Source of the DNA: Flavobacterium sp.
Lineage (GTDB): Bacteria; Bacteroidota; Bacteroidia; Flavobacteriales; Flavobacteriaceae
DNA: 64,000 nucleotides
Reading direction: 5' to 3'
Assembly (NCBI GenBank): GCA_043783565.1
Contig: JAYVZG010000038.1
Span: 3,069-67,068 of the forward strand
The position numbers and the translations under genes were made by a program. The notes under the pieces were generated by a model. The model did not search any database, was not told the DNA's origin, and saw nothing but the letters and a program-made list of their open reading frames with translations. Positions within the stretch are counted from its first letter, which is position 1. Every line of letters starts with the position of its first letter. Shown here piece after piece: positions 21,105 through 29,482 of this stretch.

Positions 21105-22382
21105 ATGACCATTTTACTTTTAGGATCAGGCGGCAGAGAACATGCTATTGCTTGGAAAATGCTTCAATCACCGCTTTGTACCAAACTTTTTGTGGCACCT
21201 GGAAATGCAGGAACAGAAAGTATCGCTGTCAATGTAGCTCTTAAAATTACCGATTTTGAAAGTATAAAAAAATTCGTGTTACAAGAAAACATTGAAATGG
21301 TTGTTGTCGGCCCAGAAGATCCTTTAGTAGAAGGCATTTATGATTATTTCCAAAAAGATGCCTTGTTGCAATCTATTCCCGTTATAGGCCCCTCAAAATT
21401 AGGAGCTCAACTAGAAGGAAGTAAAGAATTCGCAAAGGAATTTATGGTAAAGCATCAGATTCCAACTGCAGCGTATGATAGTTTTACTAAAGAAACAGTA
21501 GAAAATGGATGTCGTTTTTTAGAAACGTTACAACCGCCATATGTATTGAAAGCAGACGGTTTAGCTGCTGGTAAAGGAGTTTTGATTCTTCAAAATTTAA
21601 AAGAAGCACAACAAGAATTACACAACATGCTTGTAGATGCTAAGTTTGGTCAAGCAAGTTCTAAAGTCGTAATAGAAGAGTTTTTAGACGGTATTGAATT
21701 GAGTTGTTTCGTATTGACGGATGGCAAAAATTATAAAATTCTACCCACTGCAAAAGATTACAAACGAATTGGTGAAGGCGACACAGGATTGAATACTGGA
21801 GGTATGGGAGCTGTTTCTCCAGTACCATTTGCAGACGCAACATTACTACAAAAAATAGAAGATAGAATCGTTATTCCAACAATTACGGGTTTGCAAAAAG
21901 ACGGAATACCGTATAAAGGATTTGTATTTATTGGATTAATCAATGTAAAAGGCGAACCCATTGTCATCGAATACAATGTCAGAATGGGTGATCCGGAAAC
22001 AGAAGTAGTTATCCCAAGATTGAAAAATGATTTGGTAGAATTGTTTGTGGCTGTTGCTAATGGGAAACTGGATGAAGTTCAACTCGAAATAGATGAAAGA
22101 AGCGCCACAACGATTATGATCGTATCAGGAGGTTATCCGGAAGATTATGAAAAAGGGAAAGTGATTTCGGGCATTGAAAACATTCAGGATTCACTTGTAT
22201 TTCACGCAGGAACAAAAACAGAAAACGGAAAAATTGTTAGTAATGGAGGAAGAGTATTGGCTATTACTTCGTTCGGAAATGATTTTCAAGAAGCTATAAA
22301 AAAATCGTATCAAAATATAGAAAAACTACATTTTGATACGATGTATTATAGAAAAGATATTGGATTCGACTTACTTAGTTAA
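21105..22382 (+). CDS. purD: Phosphoribosylamine-glycine ligase
   Basis: GSGGREHA, KADGLAAGKG, GLNTGGMG, EYNVRMGDPE; start moved to ATG 21105, downstream of the -7 box TATTTTTG at 21073. Confidence 0.97.
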   Translation: MTILLLGSGGREHAIAWKMLQSPLCTKLFVAPGNAGTESIAVNVALKITDFESIKKFVLQENIEMVVVGPEDPLVEGIYDYFQKDALLQSIPVIGPSKLGAQLEGSKEFAKEFMVKHQIPTAAYDSFTKETVENGCRFLETLQPPYVLKADGLAAGKGVLILQNLKEAQQELHNMLVDAKFGQASSKVVIEEFLDGIELSCFVLTDGKNYKILPTAKDYKRIGEGDTGLNTGGMGAVSPVPFADATLLQKIEDRIVIPTITGLQKDGIPYKGFVFIGLINVKGEPIVIEYNVRMGDPETEVVIPRLKNDLVELFVAVANGKLDEVQLEIDERSATTIMIVSGGYPEDYEKGKVISGIENIQDSLVFHAGTKTENGKIVSNGGRVLAITSFGNDFQEAIKKSYQNIEKLHFDTMYYRKDIGFDLLS

Positions 22383-22604
22383 GAAAGAATGCGCTGTTGT
22401 ATCTTGATTTTCTTCACCGTTTGTTTTGTGCATTGTTAGTTGCTTGCACCAGTACCACGTTGCATAACTGCAAATTGCCATAAAAATCCAGTTGATAATG
22501 TTGGCGGTAAACCATTGAGAAAGTTCTAATTCTCTCAAAAAATTATGAGGAGCAAATAAAATGTTTTCAAACAACCATTGTATTCCTTCAAAAAATGCTT
22601 TCAT
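22371..22604 (-). CDS. Small conserved membrane protein (DUF6341-like)
   Basis: MKAFFEGIQWLF..., one TM segment; -7 box at 22637-22644 supports start 22604. Confidence 0.65.
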   Translation of the reverse strand: MKAFFEGIQWLFENILFAPHNFLRELELSQWFTANIINWIFMAICSYATWYWCKQLTMHKTNGEENQDTTAHSFLTK

Positions 22605-22656
22605 ATTAAGTAGTGTTAGTAGTATATTTACAGTCACAAAAGTATAAAATATCCTT

Positions 22657-23586
22657 ATGATAACAAGTTTTTTTAGAAAATCTACACCATTAAATTATTC
22701 GGTAGTAATTCTAGGGTTACTTTTCTTCTTTTTTTTCTTTCAAATTAAGCATGTCACCAATAACAACTCTTTGCTTCACATTGGATTAAAATGCGGTCTT
22801 TTAGGAATTCTTTTTGCTTCTACATTTGTAACAAACTTTATTGTAAAGAAAAATGGGCTGAGTAAAGACAGTGCTTATACGGTGTTATTTTATTTTTTAA
22901 TTCTTTTGTTTTTCCCTGGAATTCTAAATAATCCGATGCTTTTACTTTCTAATTTTTTTATACTATTAGCTACTCGAAGAATCATTTCTCTTCATTCTTT
23001 AAAAGATTCTAAAGAGAAAATATTCGATGCATCCATTTGGGTTTTTATAGCCGCTTTATTTCACTTTTGGAGTATTTTATTTATAGTATTGATTTTTATT
23101 TCCATTTTATTTCACGTTGCACGAGATTACAGAAATTGGTTTTTACCCATTATAGCTTTCTTTTCTGTTGCAATAATATTTGTTGGAAGCGCTTTGTATT
23201 TTAATACAACTTGGATTAACAGAACCATTGAACAATCGATGATTGATTTAAGAATCAATTATTTTACTAACAATTACCAAAATGTAGCATTTTCTATATA
23301 CGCTACTGTTGGGATGTTCTTTGTAGTGTTGCTTTTACTTTCCTTATCCAATCGCCCATTAATTCTCCACCCAACCTACAAAAAAGTGATCTCCGCTTTA
23401 GGGATTGGGATTGCAGTGTTTTTAGTTTCTCCAAATAAATCAAATGATTTGTTAGTGTTTACATTTGCTCCTTTAGCCATGATAATGACGTCACATATTG
23501 AAACAGCACAAGTATATTGGAAAAAAGAAATCGTAGTTTGGATTTTCGTTTCGGCTAGTCTTTTTGCCTTTTTTACGCAATTATAA
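22657..23586 (+). CDS. Integral membrane protein (DUF6427-like)
   Basis: 309 aa polytopic protein; purD/upp context as recalled for Flavobacteria. Confidence 0.7.
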   Translation: MITSFFRKSTPLNYSVVILGLLFFFFFFQIKHVTNNNSLLHIGLKCGLLGILFASTFVTNFIVKKNGLSKDSAYTVLFYFLILLFFPGILNNPMLLLSNFFILLATRRIISLHSLKDSKEKIFDASIWVFIAALFHFWSILFIVLIFISILFHVARDYRNWFLPIIAFFSVAIIFVGSALYFNTTWINRTIEQSMIDLRINYFTNNYQNVAFSIYATVGMFFVVLLLLSLSNRPLILHPTYKKVISALGIGIAVFLVSPNKSNDLLVFTFAPLAMIMTSHIETAQVYWKKEIVVWIFVSASLFAFFTQL

Positions 23587-24234
23587 TTTATTCCCGTACG
23601 CCAAATCTCCCGCATCGCCCAATCCAGGTACGATATAGTTTTTAGCATTCAAGGTTTCATCTAAAGTCGCCACCCATAAATGACAGTTGTCGGGTAAATT
23701 GTTTTTGAGGTATTCAATGCCTTGAGGCGCTGCAATAATGACAGCAATGTGAATTTCTTTCGGCAGTCCTTTCTCCATCAACTTATTAAAGACCGCCACC
23801 ATCGATTGCCCTGTCGCTAACATCGGATCAATCAACAATAATGTTTTATCCTGCAGATTAGGAACCGCCTGATATTCAACTAAAATGTCAAAAAAATCAT
23901 CGTTATTAGGATGATGCCGATAAGCCGAAACAAACCCGTTTTCAGCACTATCGAAGTAATTTAAAAACCCCAAATGCAAAGGTAAACCTGCTCGAAGAAT
24001 GGAGCATAAAACCAATTGATCGTCTATTTCAGTGGTCTTTTTTATTCCTAATGGAGTTTGTATTTCAATATTCTTATACTGTAAATCTTTACTCAATTCG
24101 TACGCCATCACTTCTCCAATACGCTCAATATTTCTTCGAAAACGCATGCTATCATGTTGCACATTGACGTTACGAATTTGTCCTAAAAAATGATTCAGAA
24201 CACTGTTATCTTCGGATAAATAATGAATTTGCAT
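23581..24234 (-). CDS. upp: Uracil phosphoribosyltransferase
   Basis: SILRAG, DPMLATG, YIVPGLGDAGD. Confidence 0.97.
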   Translation of the reverse strand: MQIHYLSEDNSVLNHFLGQIRNVNVQHDSMRFRRNIERIGEVMAYELSKDLQYKNIEIQTPLGIKKTTEIDDQLVLCSILRAGLPLHLGFLNYFDSAENGFVSAYRHHPNNDDFFDILVEYQAVPNLQDKTLLLIDPMLATGQSMVAVFNKLMEKGLPKEIHIAVIIAAPQGIEYLKNNLPDNCHLWVATLDETLNAKNYIVPGLGDAGDLAYGNKL

Positions 24235-24255
24235 TGGAGTTTGATTTTTAGGTTT

Positions 24256-24459
24256 AGTTTCTGAGTTTCTGAGATACTGAGTTTCTGAGTTCGTTCTGGT
24301 TTGCGGGAATCTCTAGCCCTGATAGAAGCATTTATCCTTTTATGCCGGCGCTTACTTCGTCAGTTCGCTTTTCTCATGTGGCGCAAAAGATAGTGCGGAT
24401 AGCAGGTTCCCGGCTCCTAAAAAAGCTCAGAAACTCAGGCACTCAGAAACTCAGCAACT
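24256..24459. repeat. 35-bp inverted repeat arms made of 8-nt units (CTGAGTTT), enclosing a structured RNA copy
   Basis: Left arm 24256-24290 AGTTTCTGAGTTTCTGAGATACTGAGTTTCTGAGT; right arm 24425-24459 GCTCAGAAACTCAGGCACTCAGAAACTCAGCAACT. Confidence 0.9.
24313..24420 (-). ncRNA. Structured repeated RNA element, copy 1 (probably Flavo-1 motif)
   Basis: Minus strand reads TTAGGAGC..CCTGCTATCCGCACTATCTTTT...AAAAGGATAAATGCTTCTATCAGGGCTAG, homologous to copies 2 and 3 with compensatory changes. The Flavo-1 name is from memory. Confidence 0.7.
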
Positions 24460-24486
24460 TTTTTTCTCTCGTAAAAGTATAAAAAG

Positions 24487-24494
24487 TATCTTTG
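24487..24494 (+). promoter_or_regulatory. -7 promoter box
   Basis: TATCTTTG upstream of ATG 24514. Confidence 0.6.
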
Positions 24495-24513
24495 TGTTTT
24501 AAAATTCAAAGAT

Positions 24514-25119
24514 ATGTTTTCTAAACTTGCCTATGCTGTTTTCGAAAGAAGCATCCAAGATTATCATCAATTTGATAATGTAGATCAACCGATTCACAAC
24601 CCGTATTCTAAAGATCAATTTGAACATTTGTTATATCACAAAAACTGGATCGACACCGTGCAATGGCACTTTGAAGACATCATTCGTGACCCACAAATTG
24701 ATCCCGTTGCCGCGTTAACATTGAAAAGAAGAATCGATGCTTCCAATCAAGAACGCACCGATATGGTAGAATATATTGACAGTTATTTTCTTCAAAAATA
24801 CCATCATGTAAAAGTAAATCCAACAGCTAAAATAAATTCGGAAAGTCCAGCGTGGGCATTCGATCGCTTATCGATTTTAGCGTTGAAAATTTATCACATG
24901 CACGAAGAAGTAACACGTATGGAAGCTTCACAAGATCACAAAGACAAATGCCAAGCCAAGTTGAATGTGCTTTTAGAACAAAGAACCGATTTGTCTACCG
25001 CCATCGACGATTTGATTCAAGACATTGAAAACGGAGATAAGTTCATGAAAGCCTACAAACAAATGAAGATGTACAACGACGATGAGTTGAATCCGATTTT
25101 GTATCAAAATAAAAAGTAA
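24514..25119 (+). CDS. DUF4254 domain protein
   Basis: KNWIDTVQWH.ED, SNQ.R, ESP.WA.DRLSIL.LK, YKQMKMYND; upstream of GT9. Confidence 0.8.
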   Translation: MFSKLAYAVFERSIQDYHQFDNVDQPIHNPYSKDQFEHLLYHKNWIDTVQWHFEDIIRDPQIDPVAALTLKRRIDASNQERTDMVEYIDSYFLQKYHHVKVNPTAKINSESPAWAFDRLSILALKIYHMHEEVTRMEASQDHKDKCQAKLNVLLEQRTDLSTAIDDLIQDIENGDKFMKAYKQMKMYNDDELNPILYQNKK

Positions 25120-25124
25120 TTTTT

Positions 25125-25230
25125 TTAGGAGCTTTTTCCCGCTATTCGTTACAATCTTTTTTATAATCTCGTCAGAGTTCAAAACGCTCTCATGATAATA
25201 AAAAAGGATTTCCACTACTATCGGGGCTAG
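25125..25230 (+). ncRNA. Structured repeated RNA element, copy 2 (probably Flavo-1 motif)
   Basis: TTAGGAGC..CCCGCTATTCGTTACAATCTTTT...AAAAGGATTTCCACTACTATCGGGGCTAG; 31 nt identical to copy 3. Confidence 0.75.
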
Positions 25231-25314
25231 GGATTCCGTTTTCAAATGACATACAAGGTAAAGGGTGCTAGGTACTGGAATCAATAACCCTAAACCCTAA
25301 ACCATATACCCAGT

Positions 25315-26352
25315 TTGCCAAAAAAACAACAACATATAGCCGTCATGAGACTTTCCGCAATGGGAGATGTCGCCATGACGGTTCCTGTTTTAAGAGCATT
25401 GGTACAACAACATCCGAATGTTCGTGTAACCGTAATTTCGCGAACGTTTTATAAACCGCTTTTTGAAAATATTCCCAACGTCGAATTTTTCGAATTCGAT
25501 GCACTACGAAAACACAAAGGGGTTCTGGGATTGCTGCAATTGTACTGGGATTTAAAACCGCTGCAAATCGATTTCTTCGCCGATTTGCACAATGTATTGC
25601 GCTCTACATTCATTCGAAGTCGTTTTGCTATAAGAGGAACAAAGGTAGCCGCCACGGATAAAGGCCGTATCGAAAAAAAAGCACTGACTCGTTCCGAAAA
25701 CAAAATTTTCAAACCGTTGCCAACCATGTTTGAACGCCACGCTAAAACATTCGAACGTTTAGGATTCCCAATTGATTTGTCGCAACCGATATTTCCTCCC
25801 ATACAAAAATTAGAGGCTCAAGTATTGAATTTGATTGGAGACCAAAACAAAACCCTAATCGGAATTGCCCCTTTTGCTCAATACGATTCCAAAGTATATC
25901 CACTCGATTTAATGCGAGAAGTTGTGCTAGAACTATCCAATAATAAAGGCTACACATTACTGCTTTTCGGAAGTAAACAAGAAATAGCATCGTTAAATAC
26001 TCTTTCAAAAGACCTTGAAAATGCGGTAATAGTTGCGGGGAAATTAAACTTCAAAGAAGAATTACAACTCATTAGCAATCTAAAACTGATGCTTTCCATG
26101 GATTCTGGCAATGCACATCTTGCCGCTAATTATGGAGTTCCAACACTAACACTTTGGGGAGCAACACATCCTTTTGCAGGATTTTCACCTTACAATCAAC
26201 CACTCGAAAACTGTTTAACATCCGATAGAGAAAAATTTCCCTTTCTACCAACTTCAGTTTATGGAAATAAAAAAGTTGTTGGTTATGAAGAGGCAATGAA
26301 AACCATTACAGTTGATAGTATTGTAAAGAGAATTAACAATCTTGTAAAGTAA
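25315..26352 (+). CDS. GT9 glycosyltransferase (LPS heptosyltransferase-like)
   Basis: RLSAMGDV, DLH, IGIAPFA, SMDSGNAHLA, WGAT. Confidence 0.9.
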   Translation: MPKKQQHIAVMRLSAMGDVAMTVPVLRALVQQHPNVRVTVISRTFYKPLFENIPNVEFFEFDALRKHKGVLGLLQLYWDLKPLQIDFFADLHNVLRSTFIRSRFAIRGTKVAATDKGRIEKKALTRSENKIFKPLPTMFERHAKTFERLGFPIDLSQPIFPPIQKLEAQVLNLIGDQNKTLIGIAPFAQYDSKVYPLDLMREVVLELSNNKGYTLLLFGSKQEIASLNTLSKDLENAVIVAGKLNFKEELQLISNLKLMLSMDSGNAHLAANYGVPTLTLWGATHPFAGFSPYNQPLENCLTSDREKFPFLPTSVYGNKKVVGYEEAMKTITVDSIVKRINNLVK

Positions 26353-26418
26353 TTCATTTTTCACTTTTTATTCCGAAGTAAAAAGATAAATTTGTCTATA
26401 AATTATCTGTCAATAATT

Positions 26419-28167
26419 ATGAAAAACACTATGATTAAGATTATATGTTCCGTTTTATTTGCGTTAAATAGTCTCTTTTTATTTTCTCAAGAAAGTGAAA
26501 AACTACCTAAAGGATTCACAGAAAATGAAAGACAATTACTAACGAATTTCCAATTTAGAAATTCGCAAGTTACAACTCCTCCTGCAGGTTCGGTTCGTGC
26601 CGCTGCAGAATGGGAAGAAGTAGAATATTTAGTTTTGAGCTGGCAAACAAGTTTTCAAAACATTCTCCGACAAATTGTTGCCGTCGGAGTTAACGAGTGT
26701 AAAGTGATTATTGCAACCCAAAGCCAAGCAACAGTGGCAAGTTATCTTACTTCATTCGGGATAGATTTAACCAATGTCATTTTTCTAAACGTCCCGGCAA
26801 ACAGTATTTGGATTCGAGATTATGCTGGAAACACCGTTTATTCTGATGAGGTTGGTCAAAGAGGACTAACTGATTGGATTTATAATCGCCCAAGACCCAA
26901 CGATAATGTAATGCCAACGGCGCATGCAAATTACGTTGGAATACCGATTTATGTAACCGACTCTGGACTTACCGATTTAGTAAATACTGGAGGTAATTAT
27001 ATGTCAGACGGTTTAGGAAATGCTTTCGCTTCCGAATTGATTCTAGAGGAAAATGCAGTTGGAAATCCCTATGGAGTTTCTGCCAAAACAGAAACACAAA
27101 TCGATGGAATCATGCAAAACTATATGGGAATTCAACATTATATCAAAATGCCGACTTTACCTTTTGATGAAATTCATCATATTGATATGCATATGAAACT
27201 ACTTGACGAAGAAACGTTGTTGGTAAGTAAATATCCTCCAAATGTAGCTGACGGTCCACAAATTGAATCGAACATCAACTATGTGGTCAATAATTTTCAA
27301 TCGCCTTTTGGCACTCCATATAAAATAAAATGGATTGATGTGCCACCGAGTACTACGGGCAGTTATCCGGATACAGGAGGTGCTTATCGTACTTTTGCCA
27401 ACTCTGTTTTCATTAACAAATCGATATTAATTCCAATTTACAGACCACAAGTAGATGCAGCAGCATTAGCGCTTTACCAACAATTATTGCCTGGATATAA
27501 TGTAGTAGGAATAGATGTGGATAATTCCGGAGAAAATCTAATTTCTCAGCTTGGAGCTTTGCATTGCATCACACATACTATTGGAGTTGCAGATCCGTTG
27601 TTAATCGTTCACCAACCGATTAAAGAAGCTAATGCTGGAAGCACCGTTACTATAAATGCTATAGTAAAACATATTTCGGGAATTCAAACAGCAACTGTTT
27701 TTTGGCGTGAACAAGGAACCGCTACTTTTAATCAAACACCCATGACGTTTGTAAGTGACTCGAATTGGACAGCTACTATTTCAATTCCAACTTCTGGATT
27801 GAATATCGAATATTATATACAAGGTCAATCAGTTTCAGGAAAAACACTTTCAAGACCTATTGTTGCACCAACGGGTTATTGGACAATCAATGTATCAACG
27901 TTAAGCACTACGGATTGGGCTTTACAACATATTTCGTCGCCTTTTCCAAATCCAACCAAACAGAATGTAAATTTTGAGATGAACCAAATGTCAGGAATAA
28001 TCAACGTTTCCATCACCAACGTTTTAGGCCAAAAACTGTTTACGCAAACAATTGAAGTAGGTAATGGCGTGTTTAATATGAGCTTAAATCCGGAATGGAG
28101 AGGCACTTTGTTAGTGACTTTTGAAGGAGACTTTGGGACTTTAACTCGAAAAGTAGTTAAGCTTTAG
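26419..28167 (+). CDS. Secreted agmatine/peptidylarginine deiminase family protein with T9SS CTD
   Basis: Signal peptide; AEWE, WIRDY, GGN, HIDM, NS, GALHCIT; C-terminal FPNP...RKVVKL; -7 box TAAATTTG at 26387 supports start 26419. Confidence 0.85.
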   Translation: MKNTMIKIICSVLFALNSLFLFSQESEKLPKGFTENERQLLTNFQFRNSQVTTPPAGSVRAAAEWEEVEYLVLSWQTSFQNILRQIVAVGVNECKVIIATQSQATVASYLTSFGIDLTNVIFLNVPANSIWIRDYAGNTVYSDEVGQRGLTDWIYNRPRPNDNVMPTAHANYVGIPIYVTDSGLTDLVNTGGNYMSDGLGNAFASELILEENAVGNPYGVSAKTETQIDGIMQNYMGIQHYIKMPTLPFDEIHHIDMHMKLLDEETLLVSKYPPNVADGPQIESNINYVVNNFQSPFGTPYKIKWIDVPPSTTGSYPDTGGAYRTFANSVFINKSILIPIYRPQVDAAALALYQQLLPGYNVVGIDVDNSGENLISQLGALHCITHTIGVADPLLIVHQPIKEANAGSTVTINAIVKHISGIQTATVFWREQGTATFNQTPMTFVSDSNWTATISIPTSGLNIEYYIQGQSVSGKTLSRPIVAPTGYWTINVSTLSTTDWALQHISSPFPNPTKQNVNFEMNQMSGIINVSITNVLGQKLFTQTIEVGNGVFNMSLNPEWRGTLLVTFEGDFGTLTRKVVKL

Positions 28168-28188
28168 TCAAAACAAGATTTATAAATT

Positions 28189-29241
28189 TTAAACATCATC
28201 GTAATTGATAGAGAGGCTGTCAGAAGTAGGATGCGCTTGACAGGTCAAGACTAAACCTTCGGCAATTTCACTGTCGGTAAGAATGGTGTTTTTCTTCATT
28301 ACAGCGGTTCCAGCTGTAATTCGAGCTAAACAACTACTACAAATCCCACCTTGACACGAATAAGGAGCATCAAGACCTTGTTTCAAAGCAGCTTCTAAAA
28401 CGGTTTGCTTTTGTGACATTTCGAAAGTAGTTTCATCACCATCAACTAAAACCGTGATTTTAGTATGGCCTTCTAATGACTTGTCTACTTTAGATTCTGA
28501 AGTTGAGGTTGAGAACAATTCAAACTTAATGGCAGATTCTTTAATATTTCGTTCTTTCAAAACACTCGAAACCGTATTGATCATTTCTTCAGGGCCACAC
28601 AAGTAAAACTTATCAAAATCAAGTTCTTTGTGTTTGTTGTTTAAAATAAAATTTACCGTAGATTTTTCTATTCTTCCAAACAATTCGTTGTCAACTTTCA
28701 CTTGACTATATACATAATGAACAAAGAAACGGCCTACATATTTTAACTGTAAATCGTGTAATTGTTGATGAAATATTGCGTCTTCAGGGGTTTTATTACC
28801 ATAAACCAAAACAAAAGTACTTTTAGGTTCACTGTTAAGTACACTTTGAAGAATTGAAAGAACAGGTGTAATACCACTTCCAGCAACAAAAGCAAGGTAA
28901 TTTTTCGAACGATTTGCATCGGCTTCAAACGTAAATTTTCCTTCTGGAGTTCCTACTTCTAAGGTATCACCAGCTTTTAATTTTGAATTTGCTAAAACTG
29001 AAAACGTCCCATCTTTTACAGCTTTTACTGCTATTCTTAATTCCGAACTTTCAGGAGAAGAACACAAGGAATAGGCGCGACGAATTTCTTTTCCGTCTAA
29101 AGTCAATTTTAGATTAATATACTGACCAGCTATAAATCTATAAAAATCTTTAAATTCAAGAGGGACATTAAACAAAATAGAAACCGCATCATTAGTTTCT
29201 CGACGCACTTCTTTAATGTTTAATTTATAAAATGAAGACAT
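28189..29241 (-). CDS. Ferredoxin-NAD(P) reductase with C-terminal 2Fe-2S domain (PaaE-like)
   Basis: RRAYSL, AGSGITP, LCGP, YSCQGGICSSC...LTCQ; -7 box at 29253-29260. Confidence 0.9.
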   Translation of the reverse strand: MSSFYKLNIKEVRRETNDAVSILFNVPLEFKDFYRFIAGQYINLKLTLDGKEIRRAYSLCSSPESSELRIAVKAVKDGTFSVLANSKLKAGDTLEVGTPEGKFTFEADANRSKNYLAFVAGSGITPVLSILQSVLNSEPKSTFVLVYGNKTPEDAIFHQQLHDLQLKYVGRFFVHYVYSQVKVDNELFGRIEKSTVNFILNNKHKELDFDKFYLCGPEEMINTVSSVLKERNIKESAIKFELFSTSTSESKVDKSLEGHTKITVLVDGDETTFEMSQKQTVLEAALKQGLDAPYSCQGGICSSCLARITAGTAVMKKNTILTDSEIAEGLVLTCQAHPTSDSLSINYDDV

Positions 29242-29482
29242 ACTTTTTTTTGCAAAAATAGGAAACCTCTAAGAAAACCGACTTATATCAAGAGTATTAT
29301 TTTTGACGAAATTTCAATACTTTTTCTATCTTGTAGCAACATACCCATTAAATAATGAATTCAATGATTGGAAAACATGAAACTTTTAGGTGATATTTTT
29401 CGCTATATCAAAAAGAAACGTATTTTTACCAGTCAATATACTAAAATCGACTTTTAGAAGTTTTAAGAAAAACCGTTTTACA

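Noticed and set aside
24256-24459. Possible CRISPR array or IS ends
   Set aside because: 8-nt units with no unique spacers; no cas or transposase gene; no clear target duplication
24973-25284. 103-aa minus-strand ORF spanning RNA copy 2
   Set aside because: Overlaps DUF4254 antisense and reads through a repeat; the sequence is not protein-like
19651-29241. Phenylacetate catabolism from PaaK-like and PaaE-like genes
   Set aside because: The two genes are unlinked and no paaABCD is present; family resemblance only
29390-29482. N-terminal extensions in the ORF track (sprE; also 7526, 21078, 33353, 46051, 51046, 56156)
   Set aside because: Downstream starts give proper signal peptides or lie after -7 promoter boxes
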